Shown: positions 26,361-36,207 of the stretch, piece by piece
Layout of the letters: every line of letters starts with the position of its first letter
How positions within the stretch are numbered: position 1 is the stretch's first letter
Translations under genes and position numbers: made by a program
Notes under the pieces: model-generated
Told to the model about the DNA's origin: nothing
Database searches by the model: none
Seen by the model: the letters and a program-made list of their open reading frames with translations, nothing else
Assembly (NCBI GenBank): GCA_965261595.1
Contig: CBDHDG010000006.1
Coordinates: forward strand, 1,672,799 to 1,736,798
DNA from: a bacterium
Lineage (GTDB): Bacteria > UBA8248 > JACPRG01 > G963555815
Direction: 5' to 3'
DNA: 64,000 nt

Positions 26361-29180
26361 GTGAGGGACATCTCCGAGCGCATGCGCGCGGAAGAGACGC
26401 TACGGCTCACGCAGTTCTCCGTTGACCGGGCCGGGGACGCCACATACTGGATCGGTGCGGACGGCCGAATCCTCTATGCCAACGAAGCGGCGCGCGCGGA
26501 TCTCGGGTACTCAATGGATGAAATGATCTCCATGACGATCATGGACATCAATCCGGACTACTCACCGGACACCTGGGCGGCGCATTGGAAGCGGCTAAAA
26601 GAAAAGGGTTTCTATACCTTTGAAGGGCGCAACGTGACCAAAGACGGCCGCAAATTTCCGGTCGAAGTGACTTCCAACTATTTGGAGTTCAACGGAAAAG
26701 AGTACATTTTCGGCTTCGTCCGCAACATCACCGACCGCAAGGAGGCGGAGGAGACGCTGCGGCTCACGCAATTCTCCGTTGACCGGGCCGGGGACGCCAC
26801 ATACTGGATCGCGGAGGACGGCCGCTTCCTCTATGTGAACGACGCGGCGTGCAAAATGCTCGGATACTCACGGGAAAAGCTGCTCACGATGGCGGTCTGG
26901 GACATCGACGCCAATCGCCGAATGGAACAGTGGATCGATAGACGGGAAGAGCGGAAACGCCATAAATTCTATACGTTAGAAACGGGCCACATGGCCAAGG
27001 ACGGCAGGGTCATCCCCGTTGAGATATCCGCCGACTGTCTCGAGTTCGGCGGCAAAGATTACATATTTGTCTCCGCCCGCGACATCACGGAGCGCAGACG
27101 GATGGCGGACGACTTGCGGAAGGCGAAGGAGGCCGCCGAGGTCGCCAGCCGCGCGAAGAGTGAATTTCTCGCCAACATGAGCCACGAGATCCGGACACCG
27201 ATGAACGGTGTGATCGGCATGTCGGGGCTTCTCCTCGACACCGGTCTCAGCGATAAACAGCGCGAGTACGCCGAGATGATTCGAGACTCGGGTGAGAACC
27301 TGCTTGAGATTGTGAATGACATTCTCGATTTATCGAAGATTGAGGCGGAAAAGCTGACCATCGAGCCGGTCCCGTTCGACCTGCTGTCCGTTGTGGAAGA
27401 GACGACCGAGTTCTTGGCGCCGAAGGCCGATGAAAAGGGCCTGTGTCTCATTGCCCGCTACGCCCCGGATCTCCCCCGTCACTTCATCGGTGACCCCGGA
27501 CGAATTCGACAGATTCTCATTAATTTCATGGGCAACACCATCAAGTTCACGAACGAGGGGCACGTTCTGCTCGGCATCGAGGCGGACGCTGGGCGCGAGG
27601 GAAAATCAGGTCTTCGGATCTCCGTGGCGGATACCGGCATCGGCATCCGCGAAGACGCGATCGAGCGGATCTTCGAAAAATTCACACAGGCCGACGCTCC
27701 AGCCTCCCACGCGCATGGCGGAACGGGCCTCGGGCTTTCGATCTGCAAACAGCTCATCGAGTTGATGGGAGGGACCATCGGGGTGAACAGCAGGCCCGGC
27801 GCAGGATCGACCTTTTGGGTCACCCTCCATCTTCCCCTCGCCTCCGCCGCCTCGCCTCCGCCCCCGCCGGAGCTGGCGGGTGCTCGCATCCTGATCGCGG
27901 CCGGAAATGAGCTCAAGAGGCAAATCCTGTACGAGCAAGTGAGGCATTGGGGAATGCGCGCGGACCGCGTCACTTCCATCGAGGAGACGCTGACCGCGGT
28001 TCATGACGCCCAAGAGGGCGTCGACCCATATCAGGCGGCCATTTTCACCGGCCAAAAAGACGGCGTGGACGCCGAGGCATTGGCCCGTGTCGTCCAATCC
28101 GACCCCAATCTGCGTAAGGTCCCCGCGGTCATCATCGCCCCCTTGGGGCAGCGGGTGGATGCGGATCGAATGGCGAAAGCCGGAATCGCCGCATGCCTGA
28201 GCGAGCCTGTGCGGCAATCCGATCTGATGAACGCCCTGGCGGCGTTGCGCCGCTCGGCAGAGACGGGGCCCCTTCCGGAAAGGGTGACTCGGTTTGCCCC
28301 GGCCGATTCCCACTCTGAAAGGCCTGCCCGGGACCGACAGGACGGTCGGGTTCTCTCTCGCGTTTTGGTGGCTGAAGACAATGCCGTGAACCAAAAGGTG
28401 GCGAAGGGGATGCTGGAGAATCTGGGCTTTCGTGTGGACGTGGTGTCCAATGGCAAGGAGGCCCTCGAGATGTCCGCACTGCTCCCCTACGACGTAATTT
28501 TCATGGATTGCCGTATGCCTGAGATGGACGGATACGAGGCGACGGCATTGATCCGCCGGAGGGAGCGGGAGGGTGGTTCTCGCGTCCCGATCATCGCCCT
28601 GACGGCCCACGCCATGCAGGGTGAGCGGGAGAGGTGTCTGGCGGCGGGCATGGACGACTATGTCACCAAGCCGGTGAAGGTTGATGAGCTGAAGACTGTC
28701 CTGGCGCGCTGGATCGGAGACGTGGGAACGACGGACGCCCCGGCTCCCGCCAGGGTGGAGGGGGCCCGCGAAGTGACCCTCGACCTCGAGGCGCTCCGAG
28801 AATTGGTCTCTGTCGCGGCGGCATCGGGTTCCGGCTTCGTGGAGGAAGCGGTGGCCACTTATTTATCGCAGACGCCCGTTCAAATTTCGGCCGTCCGAGC
28901 GGCTATAGCGCACAAGAACGCGCAAGACCTCAGCCGGGAGGCCCACAGCCTCAAGAGCCGCAGCGCAATCTTGGGCGCGCGAAACATGAGGGCATTGAGC
29001 GCTGAGCTGGAAGGGCGCGCGGAGGCGGACTCGCTGGAGGGGGCGGGAATGCTCCTCCGGAGATTGGAGGAGGAGTTTGACCGCGTGAAATCAGCGCTCG
29101 AGTCCGGGCTGTGGAAGGGCGAAGGGGTAAGCGTTTTGACAGCGGCCGGCCCGCTTGTTGTTTCTGAGAAGCCCGAATGA
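26361..29180 (+). CDS. C-terminal part of the same hybrid histidine kinase: PAS 5-6, HisKA, HATPase_c, receiver, HPt
   Basis: Same frame as 24144-26324. Motifs SHEIRTPMNGVIG (H-box), GTGLGLSICK (G2), receiver DVIFMDCRMPEMDGYEA, HPt SREAHSLKSRSAILGA. First in-frame ATG after the stop is 26361. Confidence 0.8.
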   Translation: MRDISERMRAEETLRLTQFSVDRAGDATYWIGADGRILYANEAARADLGYSMDEMISMTIMDINPDYSPDTWAAHWKRLKEKGFYTFEGRNVTKDGRKFPVEVTSNYLEFNGKEYIFGFVRNITDRKEAEETLRLTQFSVDRAGDATYWIAEDGRFLYVNDAACKMLGYSREKLLTMAVWDIDANRRMEQWIDRREERKRHKFYTLETGHMAKDGRVIPVEISADCLEFGGKDYIFVSARDITERRRMADDLRKAKEAAEVASRAKSEFLANMSHEIRTPMNGVIGMSGLLLDTGLSDKQREYAEMIRDSGENLLEIVNDILDLSKIEAEKLTIEPVPFDLLSVVEETTEFLAPKADEKGLCLIARYAPDLPRHFIGDPGRIRQILINFMGNTIKFTNEGHVLLGIEADAGREGKSGLRISVADTGIGIREDAIERIFEKFTQADAPASHAHGGTGLGLSICKQLIELMGGTIGVNSRPGAGSTFWVTLHLPLASAASPPPPPELAGARILIAAGNELKRQILYEQVRHWGMRADRVTSIEETLTAVHDAQEGVDPYQAAIFTGQKDGVDAEALARVVQSDPNLRKVPAVIIAPLGQRVDADRMAKAGIAACLSEPVRQSDLMNALAALRRSAETGPLPERVTRFAPADSHSERPARDRQDGRVLSRVLVAEDNAVNQKVAKGMLENLGFRVDVVSNGKEALEMSALLPYDVIFMDCRMPEMDGYEATALIRRREREGGSRVPIIALTAHAMQGERERCLAAGMDDYVTKPVKVDELKTVLARWIGDVGTTDAPAPARVEGAREVTLDLEALRELVSVAAASGSGFVEEAVATYLSQTPVQISAVRAAIAHKNAQDLSREAHSLKSRSAILGARNMRALSAELEGRAEADSLEGAGMLLRRLEEEFDRVKSALESGLWKGEGVSVLTAAGPLVVSEKPE

Positions 29181-29230
29181 AACTCTGGAATTCCACCAAG
29201 TGTTTTTACCATGAGAAAGGACCACCCGAG

Positions 29231-30316
29231 ATGAGTGGAAAGATCCGCGTTTTGATCGTTGAGGATTCAGCTTTGGAGCGTTTCCTCCTCTGTGAGATTC
29301 TCTCCCAAGAGCCCGACATCGAGGTGGTCGATGTCGCGCCGGACGCCGATCGCGCCCGAAATAAAATGCGAATTCATAAGCCCGACGTTCTGACGCTGGA
29401 CGTGAAGATGCCGGGCGAGGACGGCATTGCCTTCCTCACCGGGCTTATGTCCACGGACCCTCTTCCGGTCATCATGGTCAGCGCGTTCACCCTGGCGGGA
29501 GCGAAGACCACGCTGTCCGCCCTCGAGAAAGGCGCGGTGGATTTCGTCGCGAAACCCGATGGCAGCAAAGATGAAGATCTTGAAGTGTTCCGGCGGGAGC
29601 TCATCCGGAAAGTGCGCGCCGCCGCCACGGCCCGTATGGGGCGGCATCCCCGGCCGGTCCCGACCCACGCGCCGGCGGAGCTGCCGGAAACACCGGGATT
29701 CATCGTTGCGATTGGAACCTCGATGGGAGGTCCGGAAGCGTTGAGGAGTCTTCTTCCGAGACTTCCGGCCAATTTTCCGGCGATTCTGCTCGTCCAGCAT
29801 ATGCCGGAGTACTTCACCCAGGCCATGGCCGAGAGCCTGGATAAGATCTGCGCCATCCACGTGAAGGAGGCGGAACAGGGCAAACCCGTCCTACCGGGTC
29901 AGGCGCTCATTGCTCCGGGAAATTGCCACATGGAGTTGCGGCGCCTGGGAACCCGCTATTATGTGGAGATTCACAAAAACCCCCGGGTGCGCGGGTTCCG
30001 GCCTTCTGTGGATGTGTTGTTCGAGTCTGTGGCCCAATACGCGGATTTGGACACCATAGGGGTCATCCTGACGGGGATGGGCTCGGATGGGGCGAAGGGC
30101 ATCTCCCGGACGAAGGCCGCCGGCGCGTACACCATTGCCCAGGACGAGGCAAGCTCTGTCATCTTCGGCATGCCCAAACAGGCCATCGCGACGGGGGCCG
30201 TCGATATCGTGCTTCCTCTCGAGGGAATCCCCGGCCATCTCATTAAAGCGATGCAAAGGGCAGGGGCGCCCTTGAAGAAGCCGGCCGGATCGCCGTTGGT
30301 CGCAGCGAGAACCTAG
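29231..30316 (+). CDS. cheB: protein-glutamate methylesterase CheB (REC plus methylesterase)
   Basis: REC domain (IRVLIVEDSALER...LTLDVKMPGEDG) and CheB catalytic domain (IVAIGTSMGGPEAL, HMPE..., GMGSDG). ATG at 29231. Confidence 0.85.
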   Translation: MSGKIRVLIVEDSALERFLLCEILSQEPDIEVVDVAPDADRARNKMRIHKPDVLTLDVKMPGEDGIAFLTGLMSTDPLPVIMVSAFTLAGAKTTLSALEKGAVDFVAKPDGSKDEDLEVFRRELIRKVRAAATARMGRHPRPVPTHAPAELPETPGFIVAIGTSMGGPEALRSLLPRLPANFPAILLVQHMPEYFTQAMAESLDKICAIHVKEAEQGKPVLPGQALIAPGNCHMELRRLGTRYYVEIHKNPRVRGFRPSVDVLFESVAQYADLDTIGVILTGMGSDGAKGISRTKAAGAYTIAQDEASSVIFGMPKQAIATGAVDIVLPLEGIPGHLIKAMQRAGAPLKKPAGSPLVAART

Positions 30317-30702
30317 TGCTTATTTGCGAAAATTAGCATCTTCTCAAAGGCGGCAAATTGCCAATAAAATTCAGTCAAAATTGCCCAAAAATTAATACGC
30401 GAACTTTTGCAACCAAGCACTAGTGTCGCGTCCCGGAAATAAATTCACGATTTCCGAACCTCCTCAAAGTAGGGCGCCACCGGCGGTTTGCCCGCCAGCG
30501 CCTCATTTTTCGGGAAATCCAAAGGGCATCCTGTCACCTGATATTTATTGAAAGGATTTCTGAGACGCGACACTAGGCCAAGTCATTCCCCCTTCTTTCG
30601 GACAGGTTGTTGTCCCACACCGAGTTGACAAGATGAAGAAGGCTTGGCTTTTCTCTTTGTGAGAAACGCAGCCTCACCCGCCGTGTCGCTTGGACCCGGC
30701 AC

Positions 30703-30981
30703 GGGCTCCGCGCGCGCGCGGGGGGGGGGCCACCGACGCCAGCACAGAGAGCACTGATCGAGGGGCTCCGCGCGCGCGCGGGGGGGGGGCCTCTAAGCCC
30801 CCCAGCCCGTCTATCATGCGGCCGGCTCCGCGCGCGCGGGGGGGGGACGATCGCGGCCTTTCTTTTCTCAAAGGTTCCAATGGCTCCCCCCGCGCGCGCG
30901 GGGCGCGCGCGCGGGGGGAGCCCTGGCCAAATCTCTATCTCAGGTGACATAATGGGCTCCGCGCGCGCGGGGGGGGGCCTC
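30703..30981. CRISPR. CRISPR-like orphan array: about 5 units of a 26-29 bp GC-only repeat (GGGCTCCGCGCGCGCGCGGGGGGGGGGCC) with about 32-bp unique spacers
   Basis: Repeat copies start at about 30703, 30763, 30823 and 30955, plus a palindromic double unit at 30882-30922. Period about 60 bp. Spacers 31-35 bp with no mutual similarity. AT-rich leader-like region upstream (30317-30480). No cas genes in the window. Confidence 0.4.
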
Positions 30982-31162
30982 ACGGAACTGACCGGAAGCC
31001 GCGCGGAGCGCAGCGCGAGGCCTCGTGAAGGGGCATGTGTAGAGTCGATTAAATTGTTGTATGCTTGGATGATGTGACGCCACGCTGGAAACTGCTTCTC
31101 CTCATGGGGGGAAGCCGTTTCCCGATGTCGGGAAACCCAGGGGCCCTGCTGAAAGGGGGTAG

Positions 31163-32836
31163 GTGGTGTTGTGGATCATTTTGGCGATCGTGTTTGTCGT
31201 GGCCGCGCTTGCGATTCCTCGAAGGTTTCCCGATCCATCGGCAAAGAACGCCATCAGGGTGGTGTGCGGAATTCTCGCCCTGTTCCTCGTATTCTCCACC
31301 TCATACGTGCATGTCGGGGCCGATGAGGTCGGCCACCTCAAGAAAATTTATTTCGGGCGGTCACTGCCGCCGGGAAAGATCATCGCCGTAAACGGAGAGA
31401 AAGGACCCCAGGCGGAGATCTTGCCGCCGGGTTTCCATTTCCGGCCCTTGCTCAACATCATTTACGATGTCGAGAAAAGGCCGATCATCGAAATTTCTGC
31501 AGGGAAATACGGATTTCTTACGGCAAGGGACGGCCGTCCGCTGAGAAAGGAACAATTTTTCGCGGAAGGATGGCCGGAGGTGGAATTCGTCCAGATGGCT
31601 CAGGATGCGGCGCAATTCATCAAGAAAGGGGGGCAGAAGGGACCTCAGCTCACGGTGCTGAAACCGGGACGATACCGGGTGAATCAGTACCTGTTCGAAG
31701 TGAAGCTGGACGTTGCGACGAGTATCGCGCCCGGCACGGTCGGCGTGGTCAAGTCCAACGTCCAGGAGCGGAAAGAGTGCAAACCACTGAAAACCGGGGG
31801 TGAAGGTGCGCTTTCGGCGCCTCTGGTGCCGAAATTCTGCATCGGCGTGTGGAACGAGCCCCTCTTTCCCGGAAAGTATTATCTAAACCGCAGCGCCTAT
31901 GAAGTCACAATCATCAGCACCCGGGTGCGTGCATGGACGTATAAGGGGGGATACACGAAGCGCAGAATCGACCTCACCCTGGATCAAGAGGGCAAGATTT
32001 CCCAGAGCTTAAGGAGCGTGGGGATTCCCGTCCCGCAGAACGCGGCCGATTCCGCAATCCTGATCCGGGTCGAAGGCTGGGAGATTCCCCTGGAGCTTCG
32101 GGTCCTGGTGCAGATTGCGCCCGAAAACGCCCCGTTCGTCGTCGCCTCGGTCGGCGGCCTGGATAAGGTCGAGAATGCTGTCCTGACCCCGGCGCTGCGA
32201 AGTGTCGTCAGAAATGTCCTGGGCGCGAAGGGGCGGAAGGTCCTGGAGCTTCAGGACCAGCGGGCCGATCTCGAGGCCCTGGTCGAGTCGAAGATCCGGC
32301 CCGAAGGCGGGAAGGCCGGCATCTCCATCAACGAAGTCCGCTTTGCCGACCCCGTCATTCCGCCGGTGCTCCTGGTCACTTGGCGCCGTGAGCAGCTCGC
32401 CGAGCGACTCAGGCGAACCTACCAAAGAGAGCAGGCCGCGCAAGAGGAACGCATCAAGACCGAAAACACAAGGGCGCGGGCCGATAGACAGTCGCAGATC
32501 GTCGGGGCCGAGATTGCGGTGAAGGTGGCCGAACAGCGAAGGCAGGCGGCGAAACTGGAAGGCGAAGGCGAGAAGCTTCGCCTCCTGGAGATCGCCGCCG
32601 GCCAGCGGGCGCAGGTCGATGTGCTGGGAAAGGACCGCGTGTTGCAGTTGGCCCTGCTCGAAAAAATGCTCGCCGCCGCCGTAAAGAATCCGGCGCTGGT
32701 TAAGGTTCCCAACGTCCTGGTGCAGGGTGGGGGAGGAGGCCTCGCGGGCGCCGCTGCCATCCTTGGTCAGAGTAATCTGGTGCAGGGATTGGTCCGCCGC
32801 GCTCCGGTCGAAGGCTCCCCCACGAGGAAGAAGTAA
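31163..32836 (+). CDS. SPFH/band-7 domain protein (flotillin / YqiK-like)
   Basis: N-terminal TM (WIILAIVFVVAALAI), SPFH domain, long Ala/Glu/Arg/Gln-rich coiled-coil C-terminus. 557 aa. Confidence 0.7.
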   Translation: MVLWIILAIVFVVAALAIPRRFPDPSAKNAIRVVCGILALFLVFSTSYVHVGADEVGHLKKIYFGRSLPPGKIIAVNGEKGPQAEILPPGFHFRPLLNIIYDVEKRPIIEISAGKYGFLTARDGRPLRKEQFFAEGWPEVEFVQMAQDAAQFIKKGGQKGPQLTVLKPGRYRVNQYLFEVKLDVATSIAPGTVGVVKSNVQERKECKPLKTGGEGALSAPLVPKFCIGVWNEPLFPGKYYLNRSAYEVTIISTRVRAWTYKGGYTKRRIDLTLDQEGKISQSLRSVGIPVPQNAADSAILIRVEGWEIPLELRVLVQIAPENAPFVVASVGGLDKVENAVLTPALRSVVRNVLGAKGRKVLELQDQRADLEALVESKIRPEGGKAGISINEVRFADPVIPPVLLVTWRREQLAERLRRTYQREQAAQEERIKTENTRARADRQSQIVGAEIAVKVAEQRRQAAKLEGEGEKLRLLEIAAGQRAQVDVLGKDRVLQLALLEKMLAAAVKNPALVKVPNVLVQGGGGGLAGAAAILGQSNLVQGLVRRAPVEGSPTRKK

Positions 32837-33231
32837 CCTGGATTTCGCAGGACCCGTTTTTTTTTGCTGCCGGACGCCAATTCGCAGGTTGCGGAAAAAC
32901 CGCCCACGCGGGGAGATTTCCAGAACGCCTCGTTTTCAGGATGTAGCGCGGCTCCTTGCGGGCGCCCGTGAGGGCTTGCTCTGCCATCGCTGGAAAGGAT
33001 CAATGAATCGGTGGGTGACCCTCCCAACGCAAAAATCGGGCGGACGCGGGGTCAACCGACCCTCGGCCTTCTCCCCCCCAAGGAGTCGCAATCCCGAAGG
33101 ATTCGTATCCGAAAAGGTCCGACGGTCCTGAGGAAGATCGTTTTTCAGCACCCCGCGAGTACGGATTCCTCGCCGGCCCCTTACACAGGGTTCGGGTCGG
33201 CCGTTGGCCGGCTCACCGGAATGACACAGAG

Positions 33232-33666
33232 TCAGGTTCTGCGCGACCCCTGCGGCCGGTATGCGATCTTGGGCCACCGGGTCCACGGTTCCTCTTCGAA
33301 CCGGACCCGGCCGAGGGACTTCAGGTTTTCCAGGACGGCCCGGGTCTCGCGGACGAAGGCCGGCAGGTCGATGGGGACGTCGGGGTCGCCCAGAACCTCC
33401 AGCTTGGAGAGTCCTTTCTGGAGGTTCAAGACGGCCGGCGCGTGCCACACCTTCTGAATCTTGACGAATCCGGCCGCGACCTGAATCAGGCCCTGATAGA
33501 AGAGCCGCTCGGTCGGGTTTCCCTCCCGCCAGAGGTCTTCCCAGGCTTCGTGGGATTCCCAGTATTCGCCGCCGTTGAAAAGCGCCACCCCTTCCCGCGC
33601 CCGGCCGGGGAACGAGATGGGGTCGTCGTAGACCTCCCGGTTTTCCGGTTTTGAGCGTTCAGGCAA
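33232..33666 (-). CDS. DUF309 domain protein
   Basis: GEYWESHEAWEDLWR signature. Confidence 0.55.
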   Translation of the reverse strand: MPERSKPENREVYDDPISFPGRAREGVALFNGGEYWESHEAWEDLWREGNPTERLFYQGLIQVAAGFVKIQKVWHAPAVLNLQKGLSKLEVLGDPDVPIDLPAFVRETRAVLENLKSLGRVRFEEEPWTRWPKIAYRPQGSRRT

Positions 33667-33671
33667 CGGTT

Positions 33672-34490
33672 CTATCCCTTCGGCGCCTTGCCGAAGCCGA
33701 CGACGTCCTCTCCGCCGTCCACGCCGATCACGTTGCCGGTCATCCAGTTCGTCCCTTCTTTGCAGAAAACGGTGATGGCGGCGCCGATGTCCTCCGGCGT
33801 GGTCAGGCGGCCCCCGGGGTTTCTCTGCCGGGTGACTTCGATCATCATCTCGTGGCCGGGGATCATCCGAAGGGCCGGGGTGTCCGTTACGCCCGCCCGG
33901 ATGGAATTGGCCGTGATCCCCCGGGTGGCGAGCTCGGCGGCGAGCTGGCGGATGTGGGACTCCAGAGCGGCCTTGGCGGCCGATATGGCCCCGTAGTTCG
34001 GGATGACCCGGTGTCCCCCCTCGCTCGTCATGGCGAAGATCCGGCCGCCGCGTCCCATGAGGCCCCGGTGGACGATGTCCTGCGTCCAGTACACCAGGCT
34101 GTGCGCCATCACGTCCAGCGTCATCTCCATCTGTTTCTGCGTCATGGTTCCGGAAGGGTCGTCGGCGATGTAGAGCCTGAGGGCGCCGAAGGCGAGGGAG
34201 TGAAGGAACGCCTTGAGGGTTCCGCCCCCCGCCTCCTCAAAGGCCGCGGCCGTCGCGTCCAGGACCTCCGCCCGCTTTTCCGGGTCGGCGGCGTTCACGT
34301 TGAAAAAGAGGGCCTTCCTCCCCATCCCGATGATCTCGTCCCGAACCGCCTCGGCCAGCGGGCGGGTCTTCTTGCGGTCCAGGTGGACGCCGATGATGTT
34401 CATCCCGTCTTTGGCCAAGGCCCGGGCCGTCGCGCCGCCGAAGCCGCTGGACGCGCCCAGGATCAAGGCCCAAGGTTCTCCGTTCGACAT
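33672..34490 (-). CDS. SDR family oxidoreductase (enoyl-ACP reductase-like)
   Basis: ILGASSGFGGATARALA Rossmann motif plus YGAISAAKAALE catalytic Y-x3-K region. Confidence 0.75.
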   Translation of the reverse strand: MSNGEPWALILGASSGFGGATARALAKDGMNIIGVHLDRKKTRPLAEAVRDEIIGMGRKALFFNVNAADPEKRAEVLDATAAAFEEAGGGTLKAFLHSLAFGALRLYIADDPSGTMTQKQMEMTLDVMAHSLVYWTQDIVHRGLMGRGGRIFAMTSEGGHRVIPNYGAISAAKAALESHIRQLAAELATRGITANSIRAGVTDTPALRMIPGHEMMIEVTRQRNPGGRLTTPEDIGAAITVFCKEGTNWMTGNVIGVDGGEDVVGFGKAPKG

Positions 34491-34517
34491 GAGGATTCGA
34501 CTCCTTTCGGTCTTTTC

Positions 34518-36054
34518 TCAGACCTGATTATAGCGATGAAGCCGGGGCGCGGTGACGCCGGCCTCCTGTTCCCACCCCCGGCTGTGGCGACGGATTCCCT
34601 CCAGAACCGGCGCGAAGAATTCCAAGTCCTTCCCCAGCCGTTTATATCTCTTCCGCGCCGTCTCGCGGAACCTTCGGCCGGTATCCGCCTCGTTCACCCG
34701 AACGCTCTTTCCCTCCCGCCGGACGACCTCGCCTTGGGTGAGGACCGTGTGGACGTCCCTGGGTCCTTGGCATCTGTGAAGGAGGATCGTCCACGGATCG
34801 AGGTCCGGATGGGAAGCCGGGTCGTCGAAGATCCGTCTTCCGTCGAGGATGACGATGTCGGCGGTCTTGCCTTCCTCCAGGCTGCCCAGGCCGTCGTGCA
34901 TCGCGATCCGGTTGCCTTCCTGAATTCCGCGCGTGAACCATTCCTCGGCCGGGATCGGCTCCCAGTCGATCGAGGGCGGCCGCGCCAGGAACCAGCCGAG
35001 GCGCATTTCGGTCCAGATGTCGTTATCGTCGTTGAAGGCGGAGCCGTCCGTCCCCATGGCGAACCGGACTCCCTCCCTGCGCATCACGGAGACAGGTGCG
35101 ATCCCGCTGACCAATTTAAGGTTCGACGTCGGACAATGGACGATGGCCGTTCCGGTGTCGGCGATCATCCGGATATCCTCTTCCGGGGGCCAAACGAAAT
35201 GGGCGAAGCTGACTTCCGGACCCAGAAAGCCGATTGCCTGGAGGTGAGAAGCAACGCTCTGGCCCAACTGTCTGGGTCCATACATCATCTCATACCGGGA
35301 TTCGGCGACGTGAATCTGGATGCCGGTCCCCGCCTCCGCCGCCTTTTTCTTGATGCGCTTCAGCAGGCCGTCGGATGCCCACTGTACGCCCAAAGGGGTG
35401 AGGAAGATCCGAATCAGGCCGTCCTTGCCGTTGAACTCACCGTAGATCCCGTCGAACACCCGGAAGTATTCATCCAGGTCCGGAGGCGCCAGGAACGCTT
35501 CCGCCCACTTCCGTTGGGCCGCCGGCAGGCCCATGAGGAAAGGCCCGTGGTCTCCATAGACGAAGGGATTCTGATCCCCCATCGAAACACCGAACGACAT
35601 TCGAACTCCGGCGTCCAGGTATGCCTGGATGGCGGCCGGGAGCCCCCACCGGGGCAGGTGCGGAGCTGGTCGGGGGAAAATCCACCACCGTAGTCACACC
35701 GGACCGCTGGAGCTCCAGGGCGGACCAGAGGGTGTACAGGTAGATCTCCTCTTCGGTCATTTCCGCGCGATAGCTCCCGAAGATCAGCGGGAGCCACCTC
35801 TCCAGAGGCAAATCTCTCAGCCCGTCGCGGATGCTGTTCCCCGCGTGATGGTGGGCGCTGACCAGGCCGGGCATGGCCACGTCGCGCTCCAGAGATCCCA
35901 GCGTTTCGTCAAAGGGGCCGCGGGCGGACAACGCGTCGTGGGGGCCGACGGCCTCGACCTTGCCTCCATCCACGATGACCGCGCCTTCGCGGATGACGTC
36001 TTCGCGGTCCCGGAGCGTCAGGACGCGGTTGGCGCGAATCAGGATTCGGCTCAT
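34518..36054 (-). pseudogene. amidohydrolase family protein, paralog 1, frameshifted
   Basis: ORFs 35470..36054 (N-terminal, HHH metal motif) and 34518..35600 (C-terminal) match paralog 2 along their length but are in different frames. Has a 1-bp insertion relative to paralog 2 near 35660-35690 (GGGGGAAAA). Confidence 0.6.
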
Positions 36055-36207
36055 GGGCGTCTCCGAAATCTTGTGAAGGACATCATTCGGAGCAATCGAG
36101 TGCGGTCACTTCCGCCGACCGGCAGGCCGGGCGTTTGGGTCGGTTGACCCCTTGCCCGGCCGCAAGGCTCCTTCCGAGCCGCGGGGATGACTCATTTGGA
36201 GCAGCCA

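Noticed and set aside
30690-30947. 85-aa ORF (RARGGG repeats) spanning the repeat array
   Set aside because: The translation is simply the GC repeat read in frame (PRARGGG). It is not a protein-coding signal.
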